The notes under the pieces are model-generated. The model saw only the letters and a program-made list of their open reading frames with translations. It did not search any database and was not told the DNA's origin. This document shows, piece after piece, positions 40,282-48,430 of a stretch of 64,000 nucleotides of DNA. Within the stretch, counting starts at the first letter, position 1. The number at the start of each line of letters is the position of its first letter. The stretch lies in the NCBI GenBank assembly GCA_965221325.1, contig OZ244880.1. One strand, written 5' to 3'. A program made the position numbers and the translations under genes. The DNA is from Candidatus Foliamicus sp. GTDB taxonomy: Bacteria; Pseudomonadota; Gammaproteobacteria; Steroidobacterales; Foliamicaceae.

Positions 40282-40321
40282 CGAAAAGCCTGGCACGATT
40301 GGAATAGCAGATGACGACCAA

Positions 40322-41134
40322 TTAGCCGCCGCGCGGACTCAGCAGTTCCTGGGTGTCGGGGCGCTGTCCATGCCAGATTGCAAAGCTTTCGGCCGCTTGT
40401 TCCACCAGCATTCCCCATCCGTCGTGGATCGAACGTGCCTTTCCCTGGCGCGCCCAGGCCGCAAAGGCCTCGGCTGCCGGCCCGTAGGCCAGGTCGATGC
40501 AATGCGCGCCTGCGGCCGCCGAATGATCAATCGTAGGCGCGGTGCCCGTCATGCCGGCGGAACTGGCATTGATCACCAGATCTGCGCGCGGCGGAGTCGC
40601 CGCGCCCTGTTCGGCCACCTGGATGGCGCCCAGGGGTGCGAAGCGGCGCGCCAGGTCCAGTGCGCGGTCGCGGGTGCGGTTGACCAGCGTGATCGAGGCG
40701 ATGTTGGCTTCGAACAAGGCGGGGATCAAGCCACGCGCAGCGCCGCCGGCTCCGAGCAGCAGCAGCGTTGCGCCCGCGAGTTCGAGGCCGAGATTGCAGC
40801 GCAAGTGGCGGAGCAGGCCGGAGCCGTCGGTGTTGTCGCCATGAATGCGATCCTCATCACCGACTGTGAGGGTGTTGGCAGCTCCCGCCAGCCGGGCCCC
40901 GGAACCGAGGGAGTTGCTGAGTGCCGCCGCCTCCTCCTTGAGCGGCACGGTGATGTTGCATCCCCGCCCGCCTTCCTGCGCGAAGCGGCTCACTGCTTCG
41001 GCCAATAAGCCTTGGCGGACCTCCACGCGCCGGTATTCGAGGGCAATGCCGAGTTGCGATGCAAAGCGGCGATGAATTTCGGGCGAGCGGCTGTGACCGA
41101 TCGGATGGCCCATTACGCAGAAGATTGCCGGCAT
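40322..41134 (-). CDS. aroE: Shikimate dehydrogenase
   Basis: FCVMGHPIGHSRSPEIH N-terminal motif, NITVPLKE, GAGGAARG NADP site, 270 aa. Confidence 0.9.
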   Translation of the reverse strand: MPAIFCVMGHPIGHSRSPEIHRRFASQLGIALEYRRVEVRQGLLAEAVSRFAQEGGRGCNITVPLKEEAAALSNSLGSGARLAGAANTLTVGDEDRIHGDNTDGSGLLRHLRCNLGLELAGATLLLLGAGGAARGLIPALFEANIASITLVNRTRDRALDLARRFAPLGAIQVAEQGAATPPRADLVINASSAGMTGTAPTIDHSAAAGAHCIDLAYGPAAEAFAAWARQGKARSIHDGWGMLVEQAAESFAIWHGQRPDTQELLSPRGG

Positions 41135-41238
41135 TGTTGCCTGGTTGGCTGAGAACGCGGGCTAGGGTACAGCAGGATTCCCGGTTCGGTTCCAGCGACT
41201 GGCGAATCTGCAAAGGCACTGTGCTAGACTTCGCGCAC

Positions 41239-41253
41239 CGGGAAGAGTTCCCG
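41239..41253. promoter_or_regulatory. Dyad CGGGAA-N3-TTCCCG upstream of the small secreted peptide gene
   Basis: Perfect 6-bp inverted arms about 90 bp before ATG 41339, flanked by TAGACT and TAGGCT hexamers. Confidence 0.2.
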
Positions 41254-41338
41254 ACTAGGCTTATCGTGCGATGGGTTCGCACTATCAGCCATGAAAATCC
41301 TCTTCGGAGGGGAAAAGCCACAAACTGGAGAAATTTCT

Positions 41339-41566
41339 ATGACCAGTCCTGAACGCAAACTTCTTGCTCTTGCCCTTAGCGCCGCCTTGGCGGCCGGTGC
41401 TGCCGGAACCGCTGCTGCGGCCAGCGTTGGCACCTTCGAGGCCGGTGGAACGGCCCCGACGGTATTCGACGGCCATGGCGGCGACGATGAAGGCAGTTGC
41501 GGCGAAGGCAGTTGCGGCGACGACGACGGTGACGAGGAAGAGGAAGAAGAGGAAGAAGAGAGCTAG
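41339..41566 (+). CDS. Small secreted Cys-containing acidic peptide (EGSCGEGSCG motif, poly-Glu tail)
   Basis: GGAG lies 9 nt before ATG 41339. Sec-type signal MTSPERKLLALALSAALAAGAAGTAAAA. Mature part is SVGTFEAGGTAPTVFDGHGGDDEGSCGEGSCGDDDGDEEEEEEEEES. Strong terminator downstream. Confidence 0.6.
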   Translation: MTSPERKLLALALSAALAAGAAGTAAAASVGTFEAGGTAPTVFDGHGGDDEGSCGEGSCGDDDGDEEEEEEEEES

Positions 41567-41599
41567 TTCTCTGCTATCGCAGTAGTTCTCTTTAAGCGA

Positions 41600-41636
41600 C
41601 AGCCGGCGAACTTTCGAGTTCGCCGGCTGTTTCTTC
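41600..41636 (+). terminator. Rho-independent terminator
   Basis: Perfect 12-bp stem CAGCCGGCGAAC / GTTCGCCGGCTG with a 6-nt loop, followed by TTTCTT. Confidence 0.7.
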
Positions 41637-41645
41637 CCTCCCCGG

Positions 41646-41736
41646 CTGTCTTGCGAGAGCCGAAGCATTCTGCTGCTGCCAAGCAGGCGGTGGCAGATTT
41701 ATGCTTCGGGCTCTTCTTGTGTACGCCTGTCTTGCG
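41646..41736. repeat. Imperfect long hairpin bracketed by a 10-bp direct repeat (CTGTCTTGCG)
   Basis: Direct-repeat copies at 41646-41655 and 41727-41736. Between them, GAGAGCCGAAGCAT (41655-41668) pairs with ATGCTTCGGGCTCT (41701-41714), giving 13 bp with one bulge. Confidence 0.35.
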
Positions 41737-41788
41737 TAATTCCGGGCTGGCTTGCCCCCTGCGGGCGGCCTGCTCGGGCCGGGCCTGA

Positions 41789-42388
41789 ATGAAAACCCGT
41801 TGCCCCTGGTCTCTGGGAGTCAGTTCCGAGTACCAGGCCTATCACGATCAGGAATGGGGCGTTCCCGCCCTTGAGGACTCCGTTCATTTCGAGTTTCTGA
41901 TCCTCGAATCCGCGCAAGCGGGATTGTCATGGCGGACTGTGTTGCACAAGCGCGAGGGCTATCGCAAGGCGTTCGCCGACTTTGACCCGCAAGTCGTGGC
42001 CGAGTTCGGTGAACGCGAGATCGAAGCCTTGACGCGCGATGCGAGCATTGTTCGCAATCGGCAAAAGATTCGCGCCGCGGTGGGTAATGCCGCGGCATTT
42101 CTGCGCGTCGCGGAGGAATGCGGATCTTTCGCCCGCTATATCTGGCGGTTCGTAGGCGGCGCGCCGATTGTTAACCAGTGGACTCGGCAGGATCAGGTGC
42201 CGGCCACTTCGCCGGAGTCGGACCGCTTGGCTGCCGACCTCAAGGCCCGCGGGTTCCGGTTTGTCGGCTCCACCATCCTCTATTCCCACATGCAGGCTTG
42301 CGGCCTGATAAACGACCACCTGGTGACCTGCTATCGACACGCGGAATGCCGCCACGCCTGGCCCGGCGATTTATCGCGCGCGAGTTAG
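41789..42388 (+). CDS. tag: DNA-3-methyladenine glycosylase I
   Basis: MKTRCPWSLGVSSEYQAYHDQEWGVP is the Tag N-terminal Zn/HhH signature. 199 aa. Confidence 0.9.
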   Translation: MKTRCPWSLGVSSEYQAYHDQEWGVPALEDSVHFEFLILESAQAGLSWRTVLHKREGYRKAFADFDPQVVAEFGEREIEALTRDASIVRNRQKIRAAVGNAAAFLRVAEECGSFARYIWRFVGGAPIVNQWTRQDQVPATSPESDRLAADLKARGFRFVGSTILYSHMQACGLINDHLVTCYRHAECRHAWPGDLSRAS

Positions 42389-42975
42389 CCGGAGCGCAGC
42401 ACCTCGCCAGTAGTGGCGTTGCGGATTTCGGTCGGGCCATCAAGCGGCCCGCATTGTCCGTCCAGTATCCAATCCACTCCAGAGCCGAAATAGTCGCGCG
42501 CATGCTTCGCGTTGCGCGCCGGCGCCTGGCCATGCGGATTGCAGCTCGTTGAAACCAGCGGTGAATCCGCGGCCCGACTCAGCTCAGCGGCCAGGGGATG
42601 TAAGCTGCGGCGAATAGCAATCGTGGCGTGCGCACCGGTAATCCAGTCTGGCACCTTGGGGTCCGCGCTCACGATCCATGTGACGCCCCGGCTGCGCAGC
42701 AATTCGCGGCTCTTGGGCTCAGCGGCCAGCGCATTGGCCCAGCCGTCGAACTGTTCCCACTCCGCAGCGATGAGAATCACGCCCAAGGAGCGCTGGCGAT
42801 CCTTGAGCGCAAGAATGCGTTCCACCGCGCGTTCATTTTCGGGCAGACAGCCCAAGCCATAGACTGATTCGGTGGGGTAGGCGATTACCCCGCCGTCGCG
42901 CAGGATGGCCGCGGCCCGCGCGACTTGATCGGCACTATCTGCCGGAGCGTCTCCGGGCGCGCTTCGCGGGGGCAT
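42385..42975 (-). CDS. tsaC: L-threonylcarbamoyladenylate synthase type 1
   Basis: ILRDGGVIAYPTESVYGLGC is the YrdC/TsaC motif. About 190 aa. The start may be downstream because the ORF overlaps the topA 3' end. Confidence 0.85.
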   Translation of the reverse strand: MPPRSAPGDAPADSADQVARAAAILRDGGVIAYPTESVYGLGCLPENERAVERILALKDRQRSLGVILIAAEWEQFDGWANALAAEPKSRELLRSRGVTWIVSADPKVPDWITGAHATIAIRRSLHPLAAELSRAADSPLVSTSCNPHGQAPARNAKHARDYFGSGVDWILDGQCGPLDGPTEIRNATTGEVLRSG

Positions 42976-45685
42976 TTTCCAACAATTCCCGGCACTGCTC
43001 CAGACTCATGCCCGCTGGGTCCTGCCCGCGGGGCACGGATGCGTTGCGGCTGCCGTCGGTTACGTAGGGTCCATAGCGGCCGTTCATGACCTGGATCGAT
43101 TCGCCTTCGAACGCCTTGATCGGCTCGCGGCCCGCGCGAGGCTCCGGCTTGACCGCCAGGGCTTCCTCCAGCGTAACCGTAAACACCGAAAGCGGCTTGG
43201 GCAGGCGGATATAGCGGGGACGGCCCTTGCCGCCTCTTTCTCCAATCTGCACATAGGGCCCCTTCACCCCGCAGCCGGCGAAAACCGGCCGGTTGTCGGT
43301 GGGGTGCTGTCCCAGTTTGCGCGGCAGGCTCAGCAGCGCCACGGCTTCGTCGAGACCCACGGTGTAGGGAGAAATGTCCGGCGGCAAGGAAGCGTATTTC
43401 GGCTTCCCCTCGGCGCGGTCGCCCAACTGCACGAAAGGACCCCAGCGGCCAATGTTGGCGCTGACCGGCTGGCCGGTTTCCGGGTGCGTTCCCAGCGTTC
43501 GTGGCAGGGACAGCAGCTTGAGCGCTTCTTCGAGGGTTACGCTCTCTTCGGTCAGCCCGTCCCTCAGCGAAGCGTAACGCGGCTTGACCTCGCCGTCCCG
43601 TTCGCCCAGCCGCACATACGGTCCCCGCGCGCCTTTCCCGGCATAAACAGGCTGGCCGCTGTCCGGGTCCTTGCCCACCAGCCGCGGTCCTCGCAGCAGC
43701 TCGACGGCCTGCTCCAGACTGACGTCCTCGTATTTCATGCCGTCGTGCAGTGTGGCGACGGGCGGCTTGTGGTCTTCCGTGCGTTCTCCGTGCTGCACGA
43801 AATAGCCGTATGGTCCGAGCCGCGCATATACGGGTTCGCCGCTGTCCGGGTGTTTTCCGAGCAGCCGCTGCGGGCGTTCTTCCGAGCCTTTCAGCGTCCG
43901 CTTCTTCTCCGAGAGTTGCTCCGAATAGTGGTTCCAGAACTCGTCCATCAGCGGCACCCATTGCTTCTCCCCGTTGGCGATGGCGTCCAGGGATTCCTCC
44001 ATGCCTGCGGTGAAGTCGTAATCGACGTAGTCGCTGAAGTGCCGGCCCAGAAAATCCGCCACCAGCGTGCCTTTCTGGGTGGGCACGAATGACCGCTTCT
44101 CCATCACGGCATATTCGCGGTCGCGCAGTTTTCGCAGCGTTTCGGCGTAAGTTGATGGCCGCCCGATACCGTGATCTTCCAGCGCCTTCACCAGGCTGGC
44201 CTCGGTGTAGCGGGGCGGAGGCTCGGTGAAATGCTGCTCTGCGTCGAGCTTCCTGACCGCAAGCTTTTCGCCCACCGCCAGGGCCGGCAGGGTCTTGTCC
44301 GTGCTGTCGGCCGAGCGCGTCAGCACCTTGAGGAAACCGGCGTGAACGAGGGTGTTTCCGGTGGCCCGAAAGCGGCCCGCGGGGGTTTCCGGCGATGCAT
44401 CGGAGCCTTTTTCACCCGGCGCCAGCACGGCTGCCACGCGGTCGAACAGCGCGTCGCTCATCTGGCTCGCTACGGAGCGCCGCCAGATCAGGTCGTAGAG
44501 CCGCAACTGATCGGAGTCCAGGTGGTGTTTCAAAACCTCGGGCGGGCGCTCCATGCTGGTGGGACGGATAGCTTCGTGCGCCTCCTGCGCGTTGCGCGTG
44601 CGGGTGCGATAGCGGCGCGCGGCCTTTGGAAGATACTCCGGCCCCAGGTTGTCGCGGATATAGTCGCGAATTTCGCCGACCGCGTCCGCGGCCAGTTGCA
44701 CGGAATCGGTGCGCATATAGGTAATGAGTCCGACCGCTCCGCTGCCGGTATCGACGCCCTCGTACAAGCTCTGGGCCACGCGCATGGTTCTTTGCGCCTG
44801 CATTCCCAATAGCCTGGAGGCCGTTTGTTGCAGCGTCGATGTCGTGAACGGCGGCGGAGGTCTGCGCTTGGCGCGGCTTTCGGTAACGTCGTGTACCGTG
44901 AGGTTGCCGTGCTCGCTGCCGGCCGCGCCTTCGCGCATCGCCTGCAACAGCGTTTCCCGGGCCCGTTCGGTGTCGTCGGCATTGCCAAGCGAGAATTTGC
45001 TCAGTTTCTTGCCGCCGAGTTCCACCAGTGCCGCCTCGAACTCCACCTCCGACTTTTGCAAGTGCGCGGTGAGCGTCCAGTACTCGCGGCGCTTGAATTG
45101 CGCGATTTCCTTTTCGCGTTCCACGATCAGCTTCAGGGCCGGGCTCTGCACACGCCCCGCCGAAAGGCCGCGCGTGATGGTTCGCGACAATAGCGGCGAA
45201 AGCGTGAATCCCAACAGGCGATCCATGCAGCGGCGCGCCTTTTGCGCCTCTACGAGAGGCATGGCCACGTCCCGCGGCGCGTCCAATGCTTCGGTAACCG
45301 CCCGGCGCGTGATCTGGTTGAATGCCACGCGGAATACCTGCTTGTCCTTGAGCGCTTTTTCGCTGTCGAGAAGCTCCAGCAAGTGCCAGGCAATCGCTTC
45401 GCCTTCGCGGTCCGGGTCGGTGGCCAGGTAGAGCGTGGGCATGCTTCTCAGTGCCGTGCGGATCCGCCGCACAGCGGCCTTGGAGCTTTCCAGCGGCTCG
45501 AATTCCATGGCGAAGCCGTTGCGCGTATCAATGGAGAGCCCGCCCTGCTTCAAGTCGCGCACATGCCCATTGCAGGCCAGCACACGGTAGCTATTGCCCA
45601 GATAGCGCTGCAGGGTGCGCGCCTTGGCCGGAGATTCGACCACGATCACGCCTCCCGTGGCGGTGTCGGATGCGCTGCGCGTCAT
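42935..45685 (-). CDS. topA: DNA topoisomerase I
   Basis: Toprim N-terminus (VVESPAKARTLQRYLG), active-site region and GLITYMRTDS. The C-terminus has tandem G.HP..G.PV....G..GPYVQ.G repeats. Confidence 0.95.
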   Translation of the reverse strand: MTRSASDTATGGVIVVESPAKARTLQRYLGNSYRVLACNGHVRDLKQGGLSIDTRNGFAMEFEPLESSKAAVRRIRTALRSMPTLYLATDPDREGEAIAWHLLELLDSEKALKDKQVFRVAFNQITRRAVTEALDAPRDVAMPLVEAQKARRCMDRLLGFTLSPLLSRTITRGLSAGRVQSPALKLIVEREKEIAQFKRREYWTLTAHLQKSEVEFEAALVELGGKKLSKFSLGNADDTERARETLLQAMREGAAGSEHGNLTVHDVTESRAKRRPPPPFTTSTLQQTASRLLGMQAQRTMRVAQSLYEGVDTGSGAVGLITYMRTDSVQLAADAVGEIRDYIRDNLGPEYLPKAARRYRTRTRNAQEAHEAIRPTSMERPPEVLKHHLDSDQLRLYDLIWRRSVASQMSDALFDRVAAVLAPGEKGSDASPETPAGRFRATGNTLVHAGFLKVLTRSADSTDKTLPALAVGEKLAVRKLDAEQHFTEPPPRYTEASLVKALEDHGIGRPSTYAETLRKLRDREYAVMEKRSFVPTQKGTLVADFLGRHFSDYVDYDFTAGMEESLDAIANGEKQWVPLMDEFWNHYSEQLSEKKRTLKGSEERPQRLLGKHPDSGEPVYARLGPYGYFVQHGERTEDHKPPVATLHDGMKYEDVSLEQAVELLRGPRLVGKDPDSGQPVYAGKGARGPYVRLGERDGEVKPRYASLRDGLTEESVTLEEALKLLSLPRTLGTHPETGQPVSANIGRWGPFVQLGDRAEGKPKYASLPPDISPYTVGLDEAVALLSLPRKLGQHPTDNRPVFAGCGVKGPYVQIGERGGKGRPRYIRLPKPLSVFTVTLEEALAVKPEPRAGREPIKAFEGESIQVMNGRYGPYVTDGSRNASVPRGQDPAGMSLEQCRELLENAPAKRARRRSGR

Positions 45686-45798
45686 TGGGAATCTGCCTGT
45701 AGTCGGTAGTGCATCAGGTAGGAAGTCATTTTGCCTGTTTGTCGCTTACGTCAAGTTTTGATTTATGCCGGGCGTGCATCATACGACACTTGCATGGC

Positions 45799-46884
45799 TT
45801 AGCGGCTTGCTTGAAACCGGCCGTCGGGCAGCGGCGCGACGCGGCCTTGAATCTCCAGGCGGGCCAGTTCCGCAGCCACCTCGGCGGCGCCCAGACCGGT
45901 TTGCCTGGCCAGGTCGTCAATGGTTTGCGGCGCATGCAGCAAGAGCCCGCCAAACAGCGGCAGCTCCTCAAGGGCGGGGGGCGCCTGTTGTCCGCCGCCG
46001 GCGTTTGCGCCGGATGCTTGCAGCAGCGGCGGCAGTTCCTCAAGCACATCCTCGGGCTTTTCCACCAGCTTGGCCCCGTTGCGGATCAGGGCGTGGCATC
46101 CTCTCGAAGTGGGGCTGTAGATCGAGCCCGGCACGGCGAACACTTCGCGCCCCTGGTCGGCCGCCGCGCGGGCCGTAATGTTGGCTCCCGACCGGCTGGC
46201 GGCTTCCACCACCACTACGCCCGTGGACATGCCGCTAATGATGCGGTTGCGGTGCGGGAACATCCATTGCTTGAGGTCAGTGCCCGGCGGATTTTCGGAC
46301 AGCAGTGCGCCTTGCTGGGCGATGCGCCGCGCAAGTTCCTGGTGGTGCCGCGGGTAAATGCGGTCCAGCCCGCCGGCGCAGACGCCCAGCGTGCATGCGC
46401 CGCTGTCGAGCGCCGCCTGGTGAGCGGCCGCATCGATGCCTTCCGCGAGGCCGCTAACAATACAAAGACCGCTGCGGCCTAGAGCGCGGGCGAAGTCGGC
46501 GGCCGTGGCCCGCCCGAGCGGCGTTGCGGAGCGGCTTCCGACGATCGCAATTCGCGCCTGCTTCAGGCTGTGTAGTTGCCCAAGCACGAACAGGACGGTC
46601 GGGGGGTCGTGGATTTCGCGCAGCAGGGCCGGATAACAGGGGTCGTTGATTGGAATCAGGTGGGCGCCATCGCCCTCAAGCCATTCCAGGCTGCGCCGCA
46701 TGACCGCTGCGTCGGGCCGCACAAGCGCTTGCAGCGCCCGCCCGCCAAGGCCGGCCGCGCGCAGTTCGGGGGGCGGAGCCTTGATCAGCGTGGCCGCGTC
46801 GCCGTAGCGTTTCAGCAGCAGCCGACGCGTGCGCGGCGGTACGCCGGGGCAAAAGTGAAACGCGAGCCAGGGTTCTGCTTCCAT
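45799..46884 (-). CDS. dprA: DNA-processing protein DprA (Smf)
   Basis: IAIVGSRSATPLGR, IVSGLAEGIDAAAH, FPHRNRIISG and a C-terminal winged-helix. Start at MEAEPWLAF (ATG 46882-46884). Confidence 0.9.
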   Translation of the reverse strand: MEAEPWLAFHFCPGVPPRTRRLLLKRYGDAATLIKAPPPELRAAGLGGRALQALVRPDAAVMRRSLEWLEGDGAHLIPINDPCYPALLREIHDPPTVLFVLGQLHSLKQARIAIVGSRSATPLGRATAADFARALGRSGLCIVSGLAEGIDAAAHQAALDSGACTLGVCAGGLDRIYPRHHQELARRIAQQGALLSENPPGTDLKQWMFPHRNRIISGMSTGVVVVEAASRSGANITARAAADQGREVFAVPGSIYSPTSRGCHALIRNGAKLVEKPEDVLEELPPLLQASGANAGGGQQAPPALEELPLFGGLLLHAPQTIDDLARQTGLGAAEVAAELARLEIQGRVAPLPDGRFQASR

Positions 46885-46942
46885 GCCGGGATGTCCTTCG
46901 AGCGGATGTGAGAAAATAACACAACCCATAGATGCCCATGCC

Positions 46943-47470
46943 TTGAGCGTGCCCGAACTTACCATCCTCACTTTTCCCGACCGCCGTCTGCGGCTCAAGG
47001 CAAAGCCCGTATCGATGGCCAGTAATCGGCTGCGGCGTTTGGCCGACGACATGCTTGCAGCGATGTATGCGGCCCAGGGCGTTGGGCTGGCGGCTACGCA
47101 GGTAAACGTGCAGGAGCGCCTCCTGGTGATGGACACCTCGCCTGAGCGTGACGCGCCCCAGTGCCTGTTGAATCCGGAAATCGTGGCCGCAGAAGGCGAG
47201 GTTGTCAGCGAGGAGGGGTGTCTTTCGGTGCCGGAATTCACGGCCGAGGTAACTCGCGCCGAGCGGGTCTCGGTGCGCGCCTATACGGTGGACATGGAGC
47301 CTCTGGAACTGCACCTCGACGGGCTGGCGGCCATCTGCGTACAACACGAGATCGATCACCTCGACGGCAAGCTGTTCATCGACTATCTGTCGCCTTTGAA
47401 GCGCCGCATGCTGCGCAAGCGAATGGAAAAAGCCGACCGCGCCGGCAAGCCCGCGGCGCTGGAGCTGTAG
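46943..47470 (+). CDS. def: Peptide deformylase
   Basis: GVGLAATQV, EGCLSVP and HEIDHL metal-site motifs. Start is probably TTG 46943 or GTG 46949 (LSVPELTILTFPDRRLR). Confidence 0.9.
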   Translation: MSVPELTILTFPDRRLRLKAKPVSMASNRLRRLADDMLAAMYAAQGVGLAATQVNVQERLLVMDTSPERDAPQCLLNPEIVAAEGEVVSEEGCLSVPEFTAEVTRAERVSVRAYTVDMEPLELHLDGLAAICVQHEIDHLDGKLFIDYLSPLKRRMLRKRMEKADRAGKPAALEL

Positions 47471-47494
47471 CGCGAACATCCTTGCGCCGCCGGC

Positions 47495-48430
47495 ATGACC
47501 GCGCCTGCCCGGATACTGTTTGCAGGCACCCCCGGTTTTGCCTTGCCCGCTTTACAGGAACTGCATGCTGCCGGTTATGTGGTGCCGGCCGTGATTACGC
47601 GCCCCGACCGCGCGGCCGGCCGCGGCCGCAAGCTCAAGGTTCCGCCCGTCAAGCAATGGGCGCAGAACGCCGGCCTCGAATTGCTGCAGCCCTCGCATTG
47701 GCGAGATGCCGGCTTGCTTCGGCAATTGCGCGCCATGCAGGCGGATCTGATGGTGGTCGCGGCATATGGCGCCATCCTGCCCCCCGCCGCGCTTGAAGTG
47801 TGCCGCTTGGGCGCAGTCAACATTCATGCCTCCCTGCTGCCCCGGTGGCGGGGCGCTTCGCCGGTTGCGGCGGCGATTCTGGCCGGCGATCAGCGCACCG
47901 GGGTCACGCTGATGCACATGGAAGCCGGCCTTGACACCGGTCCGCTTCTGGCCTGCAGCGAAACACCGGTGGGCGAGCGAGAAACCGCCGGCGAACTGGA
48001 GGCCCGCCTGGCCCATCTCGGGGCCGAGCTGCTGCTACGGAATATTTCGGAAATCCTCGCTGGCCGGCTCAAGGCTTTGCCGCAGGATGCGCATCTGGCC
48101 AGCTACGCGCCCCTGGTGACGAAGCAGCAGGCGCGCATCGACTGGCAGTTGCCGGCGATGCAGTTGGCGCGCGCCGCACGCGCTTACGATCCCTGGCCGG
48201 TTGCACACGCGCTATGGCGAGGTGAGGCCATCCGCTTCTGGAATGCCTTGGCCCTGGACGGTGGCGACGCCCAGCCCGGAACCGTGCTGCATGTAGGGCG
48301 GGAAGGTCTGGATGTAGCTACCGGCGAAGGTCTGCTGCGCATACATGAGATTCAGCTTCCGGGCCGGCGCCGGATGCCGGCTGTCGATGCGGCCCGGGGC
48401 GCGCCGCTGGACGGGGCCGTGTTCACTTGA
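47495..48430 (+). CDS. fmt: Methionyl-tRNA formyltransferase
   Basis: [15 protein letters not shown]-terminus and [13 protein letters not shown] motif. Confidence 0.95.
   Translation: MTAPARILFAGTPGFALPALQELHAAGYVVPAVITRPDRAAGRGRKLKVPPVKQWAQNAGLELLQPSHWRDAGLLRQLRAMQADLMVVAAYGAILPPAALEVCRLGAVNIHASLLPRWRGASPVAAAILAGDQRTGVTLMHMEAGLDTGPLLACSETPVGERETAGELEARLAHLGAELLLRNISEILAGRLKALPQDAHLASYAPLVTKQQARIDWQLPAMQLARAARAYDPWPVAHALWRGEAIRFWNALALDGGDAQPGTVLHVGREGLDVATGEGLLRIHEIQLPGRRRMPAVDAARGAPLDGAVFT

Larger units (their letters stand above)
32293..40321. other. Compositionally mosaic, probably horizontally acquired island between gor and aroE
   Basis: Sampled 60-nt lines give 42% (32701), 40% (37921) and 43% (39001) G+C, against 62-63% in core genes and in the MTase (35041). 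Contains transposase and integrase remnants, an RM-type fusion, an antitoxin-type HTH and unassignable ORFs. Confidence 0.65.

Noticed and set aside
41291-41338. Upstream extension MKILFGGEKPQTGEIS of the small peptide ORF.
   Set aside because: The GGAG RBS sits inside this extension at the correct distance from ATG 41339. A signal peptide starting at MTSPERKLL is the more natural N-terminus.
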